Notes: generated by a model not told the origin, from the letters alone. Numbered from the stretch's first letter, positions 38,080-48,373 are shown. The stretch: 64,000 nt of DNA from an uncultured delta proteobacterium (GCA_963806225.1 CAWDXG010000004.1:3680001-3744000); one strand, 5' to 3'. Translations and numbers: made by a program.

Positions 38080-38379
38080 TCAACGATGCCAGGCGTAGCC
38101 CGGCTTCGCGCTCTCCCAGTGCCCTTTCACCCAGACGTAGCGCACCCCGTCCCAGTGCCAGTAGCCCCGGACCCAGACCTTCTGGAGGGTGCGGTCGGGG
38201 GCCGGCGCGGGCTCGGCACCGGCACGCGGGCCCGGCACCAGCAGGCCACCGGCCGTGCGTTGATCGCTGGGCGGAGGCGGCGGGCCGTGCTGGGACTCGC
38301 TGCGCGTGGGACGGGCGGGCGCCGTCGCGACGCAGCCGCCGCACAGGGCGACGAGCAGGACCAGGGCCGCGAGGCGCAT
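38080..38379 (-). CDS. Small lipoprotein with YXWGXW-type repeat
   Basis: MRLAALVLLVALCGGC lipobox; VWVRGYWHWDGVRYVWVKGHW. Confidence 0.85.
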   Translation of the reverse strand: MRLAALVLLVALCGGCVATAPARPTRSESQHGPPPPPSDQRTAGGLLVPGPRAGAEPAPAPDRTLQKVWVRGYWHWDGVRYVWVKGHWESAKPGYAWHR

Positions 38380-38427
38380 GGACGGACTGTGGCGCCGCGG
38401 CGGCCGAGTGTCTACGCTGCGCGGGCC

Positions 38428-39567
38428 ATGGCTTCGATCAAAGAGCAGCTCGCGCAGCTCCCGCTGGACATGCAGACGCTGCTGGAACGGCACCACTTCG
38501 ACCCGGCGCGCTTCGAACGGCTGGCCGCGCGCCTGAGGAGCGGCCCCGTCGATCACGCTGCGGAAAATCGCGTGCGCGGCAGCGTCGAGCCGCCGCGACC
38601 CGACGACGTGAGCGATCTGCCCGCAAGCGGCTCGCGCGAGTGGCTGCGCCTGGAGGCGAAGGGGCTCGAGGCACTCGGAAATGGCCACTGCGCACTGGTC
38701 GTGCTGGCGGGCGGCATGGCCACGCGGATGGGCGGCGTGGTCAAGGCGCTGGTCGAGGCGCTGCCCGGCCGCACCTTCCTCGACCTGAGGCTGGCGGAGA
38801 TGCAGGCTCTCGAAAAGCGTGTGGGGCGCCGCGTGCCGCTCTGGCTCATGAGCAGCCACGCGACCGACGCCGCGCTGCGCGAGGCGCTGGGCGATCACAT
38901 CGACGGCGAGAGCGTCGCGGTCTTCCCGCAGTCGCTCTCGCTCCGGCTCACTCCCGGCGGCGATCTATTCCACGACGCTGCGGGCAAGGTGAGCGAGCAC
39001 GCGCCCGGACACGGCGACCTGCCCGACGCGCTGCGCGAGAGCGGTCTTCTGGGCCGTTTCGTACAGCGCGGCGGCCGCATGCTGATGATGGCGAACCTCG
39101 ACAACCTGGGCGCCACGGTGGACCCCGCGGTGATCGGCTGGCACCTGGCTCAGCAGACGCAGGTGACCTGCGAGGTGGTCGACAAGGTCGGCTCCGATCG
39201 CGGCGGCGTCCCCGTGCGGCTCGACGGGCGCCCGGTGGTGCTCGAAGAGTTCCGCCTGCCGGAGGGGTTCGATCCTGCGCAGGTCCGCGTGTTCAACACC
39301 AACACGTTCCACTTCGACGCCCGCGCCCTGAGTGACCTCGACATGGACTGGACCTTCTTCGCCGTGAACAAGAAGGTGGATGAGCAGCCCGTGATCCAGT
39401 TCGAGCGGCTGGTGGGGGAGGTGACGAGCCACCTGGAAACACGCTTTCTGCGCGTTTCCAGGCAAGGCGGAAGCTCGCGCTTCCTGCCGGTCAAGGATCC
39501 CGCCGAGCTCGAAGCCCGCCGACCCGAGATCGAAGCCGTGGCGCGAGCCCGCGGGTTTTCCACATGA
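38428..39567 (+). CDS. UTP-sugar-1-phosphate uridylyltransferase, UDPGP (eukaryote-like) family
   Basis: VVLAGGMATRMGGVVK, APGHGD, NLDNLGA, FNTNT, IQFE motifs. Confidence 0.85.
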   Translation: MASIKEQLAQLPLDMQTLLERHHFDPARFERLAARLRSGPVDHAAENRVRGSVEPPRPDDVSDLPASGSREWLRLEAKGLEALGNGHCALVVLAGGMATRMGGVVKALVEALPGRTFLDLRLAEMQALEKRVGRRVPLWLMSSHATDAALREALGDHIDGESVAVFPQSLSLRLTPGGDLFHDAAGKVSEHAPGHGDLPDALRESGLLGRFVQRGGRMLMMANLDNLGATVDPAVIGWHLAQQTQVTCEVVDKVGSDRGGVPVRLDGRPVVLEEFRLPEGFDPAQVRVFNTNTFHFDARALSDLDMDWTFFAVNKKVDEQPVIQFERLVGEVTSHLETRFLRVSRQGGSSRFLPVKDPAELEARRPEIEAVARARGFST

Positions 39568-42131
39568 AACAACATCGCTATCTGTTCCTGCTGGTCGCGC
39601 TGACGCTGTTGTGCGCCAGCCTCGGCGCCGACGCGCAGCAGCCCATCCGGCGTCCCGGTCCACTGCCCGCCCTCGGGCGCAGCGTCGCGACCGATGACGA
39701 CACCACCGCGCTGGTGCTGAACCCGGCCAACCTCGCCTTCATGCCAGCGGCGGAGCTGCGCTGGTCGAGCATCTACCTGGACGAGAACAACAGCGTGCCG
39801 TGGCAGGGGCACGCCGTGGCGCTCGGCTTCCCGCTGCCTCTGGTGCCGCTCGCCACCGGGCTGCGCTTCGACATGATCGAGCCGCCCGCAGGCGCCGGCT
39901 CGTTCGCGCCTTATCCGTCCTCGGGACGCTCGACCGATCGCTTCGCGACCGACAACTACCAGTGGCTGACCTGGGGGCTTGCGCTGGGGAGCTCCGACAC
40001 GGCGTCGATCGGCATCAGCTACCAGCACTCGTACTCGCGCGTGCTGCAGGCCGACGGCTACAGCGGCTGGAGCGCCGGGCTCAGCTGGCGCCCCTTCGAC
40101 CAGATCGCCCTGTCCGGCGTCGCGCACGATTTCAATAGTCCGGTCAGCACCGGCGGCACACGGCTGGATCCGTCGTTCGACATGGGCGTGGCCGTTCGGC
40201 CCTTCGGCACGCGCACGGCCGAGCTGGGGCTGGAAGCCCGCTACATCGACTCCGGCAAGGGCGTGTGGGTACCGCGCGCCACGCTCGGCATCGACATCCC
40301 GCCCCTCGGCAGGCTGCGTGGCGGCTTCTCGATGAGCAACCCCCAGAACGGGCCCTCCGACCCACAGGGCCGTGCCTGGGTCGCGTCGGCGGCGCTCGCC
40401 ATCTATCTGAACGCGCCGGCGGGCTCGATGGAGGCGGCCGGTGGCAGCGTCACGGGCAACGGCCTCGGAAGGAACAACAGCTACGGCGTGCAGACCGAGG
40501 TCGCGTTCAAGGGCTTCCGCGAGCCAGCCGGTCCCGAGCTCCCGCGCTACGCGATCCGCATCCGCATCGAGGACACGCCGGGCGCGCGCGAGCACGTGGC
40601 GCTGCTCCGGCAGCTGTGGTCGATCGCCGACGACGAGCCGTCGGTGGACGCCGTGGTGTTCGAGCTGCGCACGGCGCCCGCCACGTCGCTGGCGCACGTC
40701 GAGGAGCTGCGCGACGCCATCCACCACCTGCGCGCAAAGGGCAAGCGCGTACTGTGCCACCTGGAGGACGCGACCGGCTCCGCCCTCTACATGTGCGCGG
40801 CGGCGAACCGCATTCTGATGAACCCGGCCGGCGGCCTGCGCTTCGCCGGCCTGCGCACGCAGTACATGTACTTCGCCGGCCTGATGAAGAAGCTCGGAAT
40901 CCGCGCCGATTTCGTGCGCATCGGCAAGCACAAGAGCGCGCCGGAGCAGTTCACACGCGAGGGCGCGAGCCCCACGGCCCGGGCCGACACCATCGATCTG
41001 CTACAGCAGTACGAGCGGCGCTTCATGCAGGGCGTCGCAACCGGGCGCCACCTTGCAATCGACAAGCTGCGCGCCAGCATCGCCAAGGGCCCCTTCGTCG
41101 CCAGCGAGGCCAAGTCCGCGGGGCTCATCGACGGCTACGCGTTCGACGACCAGATCGGCGACGCCGTCGACCGGCTTGTGGGGCGAAAGACGCTGCTCAT
41201 CAAGGACCAGCGCGCACCCCGCGCCCCCGAGCGCTTCGGCAACGTCAAGCGCGTCGCGCTGGTCTACGTCGACGGCGACATGATCGACGGCCGCAACAAG
41301 ACCATCCCCCTCATCGGCACGCGCCTGGCCGGCTCCTACACGATTGCCGACACCATGAAGAAGGTCCGCGAGGACTCGTCGGTGGGCGCCGTGGTGCTCC
41401 GCATCGAATCGCCGGGCGGCTCCGCCATGGCCGCCGACGTGATGTGGCGCCAGATCGAGCTCACCGCGAAGGTCAAGCCGGTGGTCGTCAGCATGGGCAG
41501 CTACGCGGCCAGCGGCGGCTACTACATCGCGTCGCCCGCGACGCGCATCTTCGCCAATCCGCTCACCGTCACCGGCAGCATCGGCATCTTCTACGGCAAA
41601 GCCGACATCGCGCAGCTGCTGCGCAAGATCGGCGTGAACGTGGAAACCTACAAGACCGCGCCTCGCGCGGACGCGGAGTCGATCTTCCGCCCCTTCACCA
41701 AGGCCGAGCGCAAGGAGCTCGAGCACAAGGTGGCGCAGTTCTACGACACGTTCCTGTCGCGGGTGGCCAAGGGGCGCGGCATGAGCAAGCAGGCTGTGGA
41801 CAAGGTGGGGCGCGGGCGCGTGTGGACGGGCGAACAGGCGCAGGCGCGCGGCCTGGTCGATCAGCTCGGCGGCCTCAGGGAAGCGCTCGCCTACGCCCGC
41901 GCCAAGGCCGGAATGCCGCGCGACACACCCATCGAGGAGCTGCCGCCGCCGAACACGACGCTCATCGGCAAGCTGCTCGGCATCGAGGGCATCCATGCGA
42001 GTGCCGGCAGCGCAGTCGTGCAATCGCTGCCGCCGCAGGTGTTCGACCTGGTCCAGGCGCTGAGCCCCTTCGTAGTCCACCCGCCCGACCACCCGATGGC
42101 CCGCATGGAGCTCGTCCCCATCGGCCCATGA
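39564..42131 (+). CDS. sppA: Signal peptide peptidase SppA (S49, tandem domains) with N-terminal beta-barrel-like extension
   Basis: GKHKSAPE (Lys), [19 protein letters not shown] (Ser), TGSIGI, GRVWTG; ATGA coupling. Confidence 0.9.
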   Translation: MKQHRYLFLLVALTLLCASLGADAQQPIRRPGPLPALGRSVATDDDTTALVLNPANLAFMPAAELRWSSIYLDENNSVPWQGHAVALGFPLPLVPLATGLRFDMIEPPAGAGSFAPYPSSGRSTDRFATDNYQWLTWGLALGSSDTASIGISYQHSYSRVLQADGYSGWSAGLSWRPFDQIALSGVAHDFNSPVSTGGTRLDPSFDMGVAVRPFGTRTAELGLEARYIDSGKGVWVPRATLGIDIPPLGRLRGGFSMSNPQNGPSDPQGRAWVASAALAIYLNAPAGSMEAAGGSVTGNGLGRNNSYGVQTEVAFKGFREPAGPELPRYAIRIRIEDTPGAREHVALLRQLWSIADDEPSVDAVVFELRTAPATSLAHVEELRDAIHHLRAKGKRVLCHLEDATGSALYMCAAANRILMNPAGGLRFAGLRTQYMYFAGLMKKLGIRADFVRIGKHKSAPEQFTREGASPTARADTIDLLQQYERRFMQGVATGRHLAIDKLRASIAKGPFVASEAKSAGLIDGYAFDDQIGDAVDRLVGRKTLLIKDQRAPRAPERFGNVKRVALVYVDGDMIDGRNKTIPLIGTRLAGSYTIADTMKKVREDSSVGAVVLRIESPGGSAMAADVMWRQIELTAKVKPVVVSMGSYAASGGYYIASPATRIFANPLTVTGSIGIFYGKADIAQLLRKIGVNVETYKTAPRADAESIFRPFTKAERKELEHKVAQFYDTFLSRVAKGRGMSKQAVDKVGRGRVWTGEQAQARGLVDQLGGLREALAYARAKAGMPRDTPIEELPPPNTTLIGKLLGIEGIHASAGSAVVQSLPPQVFDLVQALSPFVVHPPDHPMARMELVPIGP

Positions 42132-43057
42132 CGGATGCATCGCAAAAATCCGCGCCGCTACTCTCGTGCGACGGCGCGCGCATCGACAGCGGCGGCGTTC
42201 CGCTGCTCCAGGGACTCTCCTGCGTCGGCGCCGGCAACGGGCTCGGTCTGGTCGGCGCCTGGACGCCGCTGTTCGCGCTCCTCGGACGCGAGGCGGAGCT
42301 CGGCGCCGGGCGCATCGAGGTGGACGGCGCCGATGCGCGGCGCGCCACCGCGCTCGGCGTCGTCGGCCTGGCCCGCCACGAGCCCGGGATGCCGCCGGGA
42401 TGGTCGGCCGCGCGCTACCTGACGGAAAGCGCGCGATTGCTCGGGCTGTCGATGCGGCAGAGCCGCCACGCCGCCCACGAGGCGCTCGACTCCCTGGGAC
42501 TCGCCGCGATCGGACCGCGCTCGCTCGCCCGCCTGGACCCCGTCGAGCGGCGCGCGCTCCTGATCGCGCACGCCACGCTCGGCGCCCCGCGCGTGCTGGC
42601 GCTGGAAGCGCCGCTCGACGGCCTGGACGCGGCGGCGCAGGCGCGACTGCTGCCGCTCGTCGATCGCGCCGCGGCGGGACGGCGGCTGCTCTGGTCGGTG
42701 GCGGCTCCGGCACCGGCCGGCGCCGCGCGCGGTCTGCTCGATCGCATGGACGAGGTGCTCGTGCTCGAAGCCGGCAGCCTGGTAGCAGAGGGGCCGCCCG
42801 GCCACGCGCTCGCCCCCGGAACGCGCTACCTGGTCACGGTCGCACGCGGTGCCAGCGAGCTCACGAGCCAGCTCGAAGCGCGGGGGCTCGGCGTGCGGGC
42901 CGCGGGCGAAGACGGACCGTCCACGGCCGCGCGTCTGATCGTCGAGCTCCGCGTGGAGTCGACGCCGAACGACGTGCTGTCTGCCGCGCTGGAGCTGTCG
43001 ATTCCGGTCCTCGAGCTGGTGCCGCTGGCGGCAGCACCAACCCGGGAGGCCTCGTGA
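42128..43057 (+). CDS. Degenerate ABC ATPase-fold protein
   Basis: ABC-like layout (GRIEVDG, ERRALLIAHA, VLALEAPLDGLD, DEVLVLEAG) without GKS/T, LSGGQ, DE or switch His. Confidence 0.65.
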   Translation: MTDASQKSAPLLSCDGARIDSGGVPLLQGLSCVGAGNGLGLVGAWTPLFALLGREAELGAGRIEVDGADARRATALGVVGLARHEPGMPPGWSAARYLTESARLLGLSMRQSRHAAHEALDSLGLAAIGPRSLARLDPVERRALLIAHATLGAPRVLALEAPLDGLDAAAQARLLPLVDRAAAGRRLLWSVAAPAPAGAARGLLDRMDEVLVLEAGSLVAEGPPGHALAPGTRYLVTVARGASELTSQLEARGLGVRAAGEDGPSTAARLIVELRVESTPNDVLSAALELSIPVLELVPLAAAPTREAS

Positions 43058-44145
43058 CCGAGCAACGCCGGGCACTGCCGCAGGCGCGCCGCATCGTCGT
43101 CAAGATCGGCTCGCGCGCACTCGCGGACGGCAGCGATCTCGCCGCACGCATCGCTGCGGAAGTCGCGGCTCTCTCGAACGCCAAGCGCTCCTTCGTGCTG
43201 GTCTCCAGCGGCTCGATCAGCATCGGCTGCGAGCGGCTCGGCTACAGGAACCGCCCGCGCGAAATGGCGCGGCTGCAGGCGGCAGCCGCCGCCGGGCAGA
43301 GCGTCTTGATGCACCGCTATGAGCAGGCGTTCGCCACCGAGGGCCTGACGGTGGCGCAGGTGCTGCTCACGCATGCGGATCTCGCCGACCGGCTGCGGGT
43401 GAACAACGCGCGCGACGCGCTAGCCGCGCTGCTCGACGCCGGCGCCGTGCCGATCGTCAACGAGAACGACACGGTCGCGACCGAGGAGATCCGCTTCGGC
43501 GACAACGACCAGCTCGCGGCCATGGTGGCGCCGCTCGTGGGCGCCGATCTGCTCGTGCTGCTTACCGACGTGGAAGGCGTGCTCGACAGCAAGGGACGCC
43601 GCATCAGCGTGATGAGCGACGACGCCGCCATCGGCCAGCTCGAGAATCGCCAGGGCGTCGGCAGCGGCGGCATGACCAGCAAGCTCGACGCCGCCAAGAA
43701 AGCGTCACACGCCGGCGCGTGGGTGGTCATCGCATCGGCCACGCGCGAGGGCGTGCTCGGCGACGTGCTCGCGGGCCACGACGTGGGCACGCTCTTCCCG
43801 CGCGTGGGGCGCGCGCTGCGCGCCCGCAAGCACTGGATCGCCTACACGCTCCGTCCGCGCGGCACCGTGCTGCTCGACGAGGGCGCCGTGGGCGCGGTGC
43901 GCGGCGGTCGCAGCAGCCTTCTGCCGATCGGCGTCCTCGGCGTGCGCGGCCAGTTCAACCCCGGCGACTCCGTGCGCCTCGTCGCCCCCGACGGCACCGA
44001 GGTCGGCCGCGGCCTGACGCGCCTCGGCGCCCTCGACGTGGCCCGCGCCGCCGGCCTCAAAGGCAAGGATCTGGACCTGCTCTTCGGAACGCAAGGGCAC
44101 GACCTCGTGGTGGTGCACAAGGACGATCTGGTGATCGTGGGGTGA
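43054..44145 (+). CDS. proB: Glutamate 5-kinase
   Basis: IVVKIGS, VSSG, AAAGQ, PIVNENDTV, FGDNDQL, GSGGMTSK and C-terminal PUA domain. Confidence 0.95.
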   Translation: MTEQRRALPQARRIVVKIGSRALADGSDLAARIAAEVAALSNAKRSFVLVSSGSISIGCERLGYRNRPREMARLQAAAAAGQSVLMHRYEQAFATEGLTVAQVLLTHADLADRLRVNNARDALAALLDAGAVPIVNENDTVATEEIRFGDNDQLAAMVAPLVGADLLVLLTDVEGVLDSKGRRISVMSDDAAIGQLENRQGVGSGGMTSKLDAAKKASHAGAWVVIASATREGVLGDVLAGHDVGTLFPRVGRALRARKHWIAYTLRPRGTVLLDEGAVGAVRGGRSSLLPIGVLGVRGQFNPGDSVRLVAPDGTEVGRGLTRLGALDVARAAGLKGKDLDLLFGTQGHDLVVVHKDDLVIVG

Positions 44146-44352
44146 GTCGCGCGTTGGGGGGTCCTGGCAGCCGCGTCGCGTCACAGGTCGGGTGCATCAC
44201 GGACTCCCATCGCGGCCCTCGCACCCGGGCCGCGACCCCAGCATGGGTGCGACCTGCACCCACATCGTCCCCCTGATTCCCACGCGGTGTCGCTGCTACC
44301 ATGGCGGGACGCATGGCGATTCGTACCCAATACGTCCTACGGCAGATGGGTC

Positions 44353-44380
44353 GGAACTTTTCAGATCGCGTGTTGTCTGC
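44353..44380 (+). promoter_or_regulatory. RpoE/sigmaE-type ECF promoter
   Basis: G-GAACTT-N16-TCTGC, ~25 nt upstream of ATG 44405. Confidence 0.5.
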
Positions 44381-44404
44381 GTAGGTTTTGGGAGTCGATC
44401 GGGC

Positions 44405-44920
44405 ATGCAGGACTGGCGGTGGGTGAGTGCAGGGGTCGCGCTGCTTGCGCTGTGCTGGCTTGGCGCATCCGCTCGCACGCCCGCCATCCTGATCGTCGCC
44501 GATGGCGCCGGCGCAAAGCTCGCTCCACTGGAAGCCCGCGTGGCGTTCCATCCTGGCGATGCGCACGCCCTCGCCCGCCTGGCCGACGCCTACCTCGAAC
44601 GTTCCGCGCCGGGGCTGGCCAAGGCGGCTCTCGATCGCGCGCCGGCCCGGGTGCGCGATGTGCCGCACGTCACCGATGCGCGGGCCCGCGCGCTGTCGTC
44701 GCTCGGAAAGCCGCGGCTGGCGCTGGAGCTCGAGCGCTCCGTGCTCGCGCGCTGCAGCGAGACGCGCTGCTCGCCTACGCTGGTGGGCCACGCCGCGCAG
44801 CGCGCGGAGTGGCTGGAGGAGCTCGTCCGCATGGGCGTGCAGGATCCGGTGCGCCAGCCCCGCCTCGCCATGCTCGCCTATCGCCGCTCGGTTCGGGAGG
44901 TCGCTCTCGATGTGCGGTGA
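44405..44920 (+). CDS. Exported TPR-like helical protein
   Basis: N-terminal hydrophobic segment, HPGDAHALARLADAYL TPR-like helix. Confidence 0.6.
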   Translation: MQDWRWVSAGVALLALCWLGASARTPAILIVADGAGAKLAPLEARVAFHPGDAHALARLADAYLERSAPGLAKAALDRAPARVRDVPHVTDARARALSSLGKPRLALELERSVLARCSETRCSPTLVGHAAQRAEWLEELVRMGVQDPVRQPRLAMLAYRRSVREVALDVR

Positions 44921-44965
44921 GCCCACACAAGCCCCCCCGCGCTTGGCTTCCACGGGAAAGCCCTG

Positions 44966-45817
44966 GTGAGCCTGCAGCGCGCTGCCTCCCTGGTGCTGCT
45001 GCTCGCCGCCGCGACGGCGAGCGGGGCCTGTGCCCAGCTCTCGCGGCTGCGGAGCCGACACGCACCCCAGCCCACGCCGGCCGCGTCGCCGGATGACGAC
45101 AGCCGCGCACCGCCTCCGGTGATGCCGCTGGCGCTGGCGCGCGACGACGACTACGTGGTCCGCATCGTGGCCGGGACGGTGACGTGCTCCGGTACGCTGG
45201 TCGACGAGGATCGCGTGCTGACCGCCCACCATTGCGTCAGCGCCCGCAACAAGTTCGGCGACGTGCTGGACACGGACGCAAAGCCGTCCTCGGTGCGGGT
45301 CGAGCTGGGCGGCGACTACCTGCCGTGGGGCGAGGTCGGCGTGAAGGCGATCGTGGCGCCACCCTGCGGCTACAAGGGCGGGACGGGCGACATCGCGGTG
45401 CTGGTGCTGCAGCGCCGCTTGATCGGCGTTGCCACACTGCCGCCGCGCCTGGACGCGCCACCGCACCTGGGAGAAGGGCTGGAGCCGGTCGGCTTCGGCC
45501 GCTGCGCGCTGTCGAACGACGGCATCCGCCGCAAGGATCGCATCGGCGGTCACATCGACCACATCGGTCGCAGCACGTTCCAGTTCGAAGCCTCCATCTG
45601 TCCGGGGGATTCCGGAGGCCCAGCGCTGAATCGCAGTCAGGGACAGGTCGTCGGGGTGATCTCGGAGAGCGTCATGGACGGGGACGCCCACACGGTCGGG
45701 CGCTCCGAGTTCACACGAGTGGACGAGTGGAGGCCGGTGTTCGCCAACGCCAAGCTGATCTCCGAAGGGTCGAGCGCCGCCGAGCTGCCGCCCATCGCGG
45801 GTTGCCCCAGCAAATAG
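44966..45817 (+). CDS. Trypsin-like (S1) serine protease, lipoprotein
   Basis: CSGTL, LTAHHC, DIAVL, CPGDSGGP. Confidence 0.9.
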   Translation: MSLQRAASLVLLLAAATASGACAQLSRLRSRHAPQPTPAASPDDDSRAPPPVMPLALARDDDYVVRIVAGTVTCSGTLVDEDRVLTAHHCVSARNKFGDVLDTDAKPSSVRVELGGDYLPWGEVGVKAIVAPPCGYKGGTGDIAVLVLQRRLIGVATLPPRLDAPPHLGEGLEPVGFGRCALSNDGIRRKDRIGGHIDHIGRSTFQFEASICPGDSGGPALNRSQGQVVGVISESVMDGDAHTVGRSEFTRVDEWRPVFANAKLISEGSSAAELPPIAGCPSK

Positions 45818-45928
45818 GCCGGGGGCCCCGCACGGCGCGCGGGTTGCGTGCGGCCGCCGTGGAGCGGCTGCCAGGACCCCGGGGAAAATGCCCCCGCGCC
45901 CGGGATCGGCTACGCTGCACCAGCTCCG

Positions 45929-46579
45929 ATGAGAAAGTTCATGCGCTTCTTGCTCTGGAGCGCCGTGGTGATCGGCGTGATGATCGGCGTCGCGCGCGCG
46001 TTCTTCATCCGCTGGTGGCGGGTGCCGCTCAACGACCCCTACCTGGAAGCGTCCATCGAGCCGTCGCTCGAGGGCGGCGATCTGATCCTTCTCTGGCGGT
46101 TCACCAAACCGGGCTTCGGCGACCTGGTCATGTGCCCGGAGCCCGGCGCCTCGGGCCGCATCGTGATCGGGCGCATCATGGCGGAGGCCGGCGACACCGT
46201 CACCGTGGACGGCGATCAGGTGTCGCTCAACGGCAAGACGGTCGAGACCGAACGGGCCTGCGACGATCGGGTGTTCAAGGCGGTCGACCCCTCCTCGACG
46301 CACCACCAGGTGGTCGAGCAGCACTGCCAGATCGAGACTCTGGCCGGCCAGAGCCACATGCGTGGCTCGACCAGCGGTCACAAGGTTCCGCCCAGGAAGA
46401 CCGAGCACGAAGTCGCTCCAGGAAAGGTCTTCCTGGTCAGCGATAACCGGCTTTTCCCTTATGATTCCAGGGACTTTGGCACGGTGCCCCGCGACAGCTG
46501 CAAGGAGATGGTGTTCTTCCGGCTGGTGGGGCGGAAGGGGTTCTTCGATGCCAAGCACCGCTTCATGTTCGTCCAATGA
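45929..46579 (+). CDS. Signal peptidase I (S26) homolog, catalytic Lys replaced by Gly
   Basis: TM, ASIEPSLEGGD box B, GDLV box C, VIGRIMAEAGD box D, VSDNR..PYDSR box E. Confidence 0.8.
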   Translation: MRKFMRFLLWSAVVIGVMIGVARAFFIRWWRVPLNDPYLEASIEPSLEGGDLILLWRFTKPGFGDLVMCPEPGASGRIVIGRIMAEAGDTVTVDGDQVSLNGKTVETERACDDRVFKAVDPSSTHHQVVEQHCQIETLAGQSHMRGSTSGHKVPPRKTEHEVAPGKVFLVSDNRLFPYDSRDFGTVPRDSCKEMVFFRLVGRKGFFDAKHRFMFVQ

Positions 46580-46634
46580 GCGAGCCGCCGGCCTTGACCA
46601 CCGGAGCTTCCGGCTCGTAGCTTCGACCGGCTAG

Positions 46635-47687
46635 ATGGCGGAGCCTGCCTTCGAGATCGGCATCGTTTGCGGCCACTGCGACACCTACAGCCCCATGGGG
46701 GCGTCGCGATGCCCGGCCTGCGACCGCGATCTGCAGCTTTTCCCAGAGGACCATAGGGCCCCGGGCGAGGAGCGGGCGAGCCCGGCCGCGGCGACCGCCG
46801 AGGAACAGCATTCCAATCCGGAGCAAATTGATCGAAGGTCCGGGGACACCGGAGAACATGCCCATCCGGGCCCCTCGCTGGAGGGGCTTTCGGAGGAGGA
46901 GCTGATGGACCAAGCCAAGTACTACGTTTGCAACTCGTGCATGACCCCGGTCCCGAGCGGCCACAAGTTCTGCGGTCGCTGCGGCGCGCCGGTTCCGGAG
47001 CAGATCCTGAACCTGCAGGTCGACTTCTTCAGCGACATGCAGAACCCGGACAAGGCGCGCCTGATCCTGATCCGGGGCGAAGGCATGGACGGCCTCAGCT
47101 ACCACCTCAAGGCGGATCAGCATCTGGTCGGGCGCACCGGGCAACTCGAGTTCCCCGACGATGCGTTCGTGTCGCCGAAGCACGCGAACTTCTTCTATCG
47201 CGACGGCAAGCTCATCGTCCGCGACGAGGGCTCGCTGAACGGCGTCTACATCCGCGTGCGTGGCGGCGTCGAGATCGCCCCGGGCGACACGTTCCTGGCG
47301 GGCGAGCAGCTGTTCCGGCTCGACCCCACGCCGAAGGCCTCCGATGGCGCCGACCCGGACGGCACGTTCTTCTACTCGTCGCCGAAGTATCCGAGCGCGT
47401 TCCGGCTGAACCAGATCCTCGAAGGCGGCGCGCTCGGCATGACCGTGTGTGCGCGCGGCAACACGCTGCAGATCGGCCGCGAGGACGGCGACCTGAACTT
47501 CCCCGGCGACATGTACATGTCGGCCAAGCACTGCACCGTCGAGGAAAAGGACGGCAAGTTCGTCCTGACGGACTACGACAGCCGCAACGGCACGTACATC
47601 CGCATCAAGACCGAACAGCAGCTCACCCACGGCGACTACGTGTTCATCGGAAAGAAGCTGCTGCGCGTCGAGACGAACGTGAACTGA
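46635..47687 (+). CDS. Zinc-ribbon plus double FHA domain protein
   Basis: CxxC pairs; VGR...VSPKHA...SLNGVY and IGR...MSAKHC...SRNGTY. Confidence 0.9.
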   Translation: MAEPAFEIGIVCGHCDTYSPMGASRCPACDRDLQLFPEDHRAPGEERASPAAATAEEQHSNPEQIDRRSGDTGEHAHPGPSLEGLSEEELMDQAKYYVCNSCMTPVPSGHKFCGRCGAPVPEQILNLQVDFFSDMQNPDKARLILIRGEGMDGLSYHLKADQHLVGRTGQLEFPDDAFVSPKHANFFYRDGKLIVRDEGSLNGVYIRVRGGVEIAPGDTFLAGEQLFRLDPTPKASDGADPDGTFFYSSPKYPSAFRLNQILEGGALGMTVCARGNTLQIGREDGDLNFPGDMYMSAKHCTVEEKDGKFVLTDYDSRNGTYIRIKTEQQLTHGDYVFIGKKLLRVETNVN

Positions 47688-47836
47688 CGGCCCGGCGCGT
47701 CGAACGGCGCGCATCCGGGCTGTTTCATGGCCTTTCGCGAAGCCTCGCTTCCCGCGCCGCCGGATTTTCAAGGCGGCGTGATACCCTGGGCCGGCTGGGA
47801 GCTCCCGCCGTCGGGCGGGAGAGGAGGAGAAAGACT

Positions 47837-48355
47837 GTGAAGGGTGCATTGAAGGTCGTCGGCGCGATCCTGATCGCGCTTAGCTTGATCCCCGGCGCTA
47901 TCTCGCTGTGGCAGGCGTACGGGGCGTACACGTTCTCGACCAGTTCGCTCAACTCCGGGCGGTACGGCTCATTCGGTCGCCAGCTCGCAGAGCACGCGGC
48001 GGAGGTGCGCATGACGCGCGCGGTGATCTTCGGCGGCATCTCGTTCGTGTTCGGCGTCGGCGGCGTGATCTCGCTGGTGATCGGCCTGAAGAAGCCCAAG
48101 GGCGGTGCGGCGGGCCAGCCGCAGCAGGGCTACGCGCAACAACAGCCGCAGCAGGGCCAGCCGCAGCAGGGCTACGCGCAACAACAGCCGCAGCAGGGCC
48201 AGCCGCAGCAGGGCTACGCGCAACAACAGCCGCAGCAGGGCCAGCCGCAGCAGGGCTACGCGCAACAACCACCGCAGCAGGGCTATCCACCGCCGGGCGG
48301 CTATCCCCCCCAGGGCGGCGGAAACCCGGGCGGCCCCGGCGCGCCGCCAGCGTAG
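47837..48355 (+). CDS. Two-TM membrane protein with Q/P/G/Y repeat tail
   Basis: GAGGAGGAG RBS, GTG start, two TMs, repeat tail. Confidence 0.75.
   Translation: MKGALKVVGAILIALSLIPGAISLWQAYGAYTFSTSSLNSGRYGSFGRQLAEHAAEVRMTRAVIFGGISFVFGVGGVISLVIGLKKPKGGAAGQPQQGYAQQQPQQGQPQQGYAQQQPQQGQPQQGYAQQQPQQGQPQQGYAQQPPQQGYPPPGGYPPQGGGNPGGPGAPPA
48113..48280 (+). repeat. Coding tandem repeat, 4 x 42 bp (GQPQQGYAQQQPQQ)
   Basis: Near-identical nucleotide units. Confidence 0.9.
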
Positions 48356-48373
48356 CGGCAAGCTCGACCCCGG

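Noticed and set aside
36952..38344. ORFs with GGGSLRFALRR / GLASLCPT repeats, including the 266-aa N-terminal extension of ORF 35293..37749
   Set aside because: These are translations of the non-coding repeat array; the transglutaminase-like signal peptide starts only after the array
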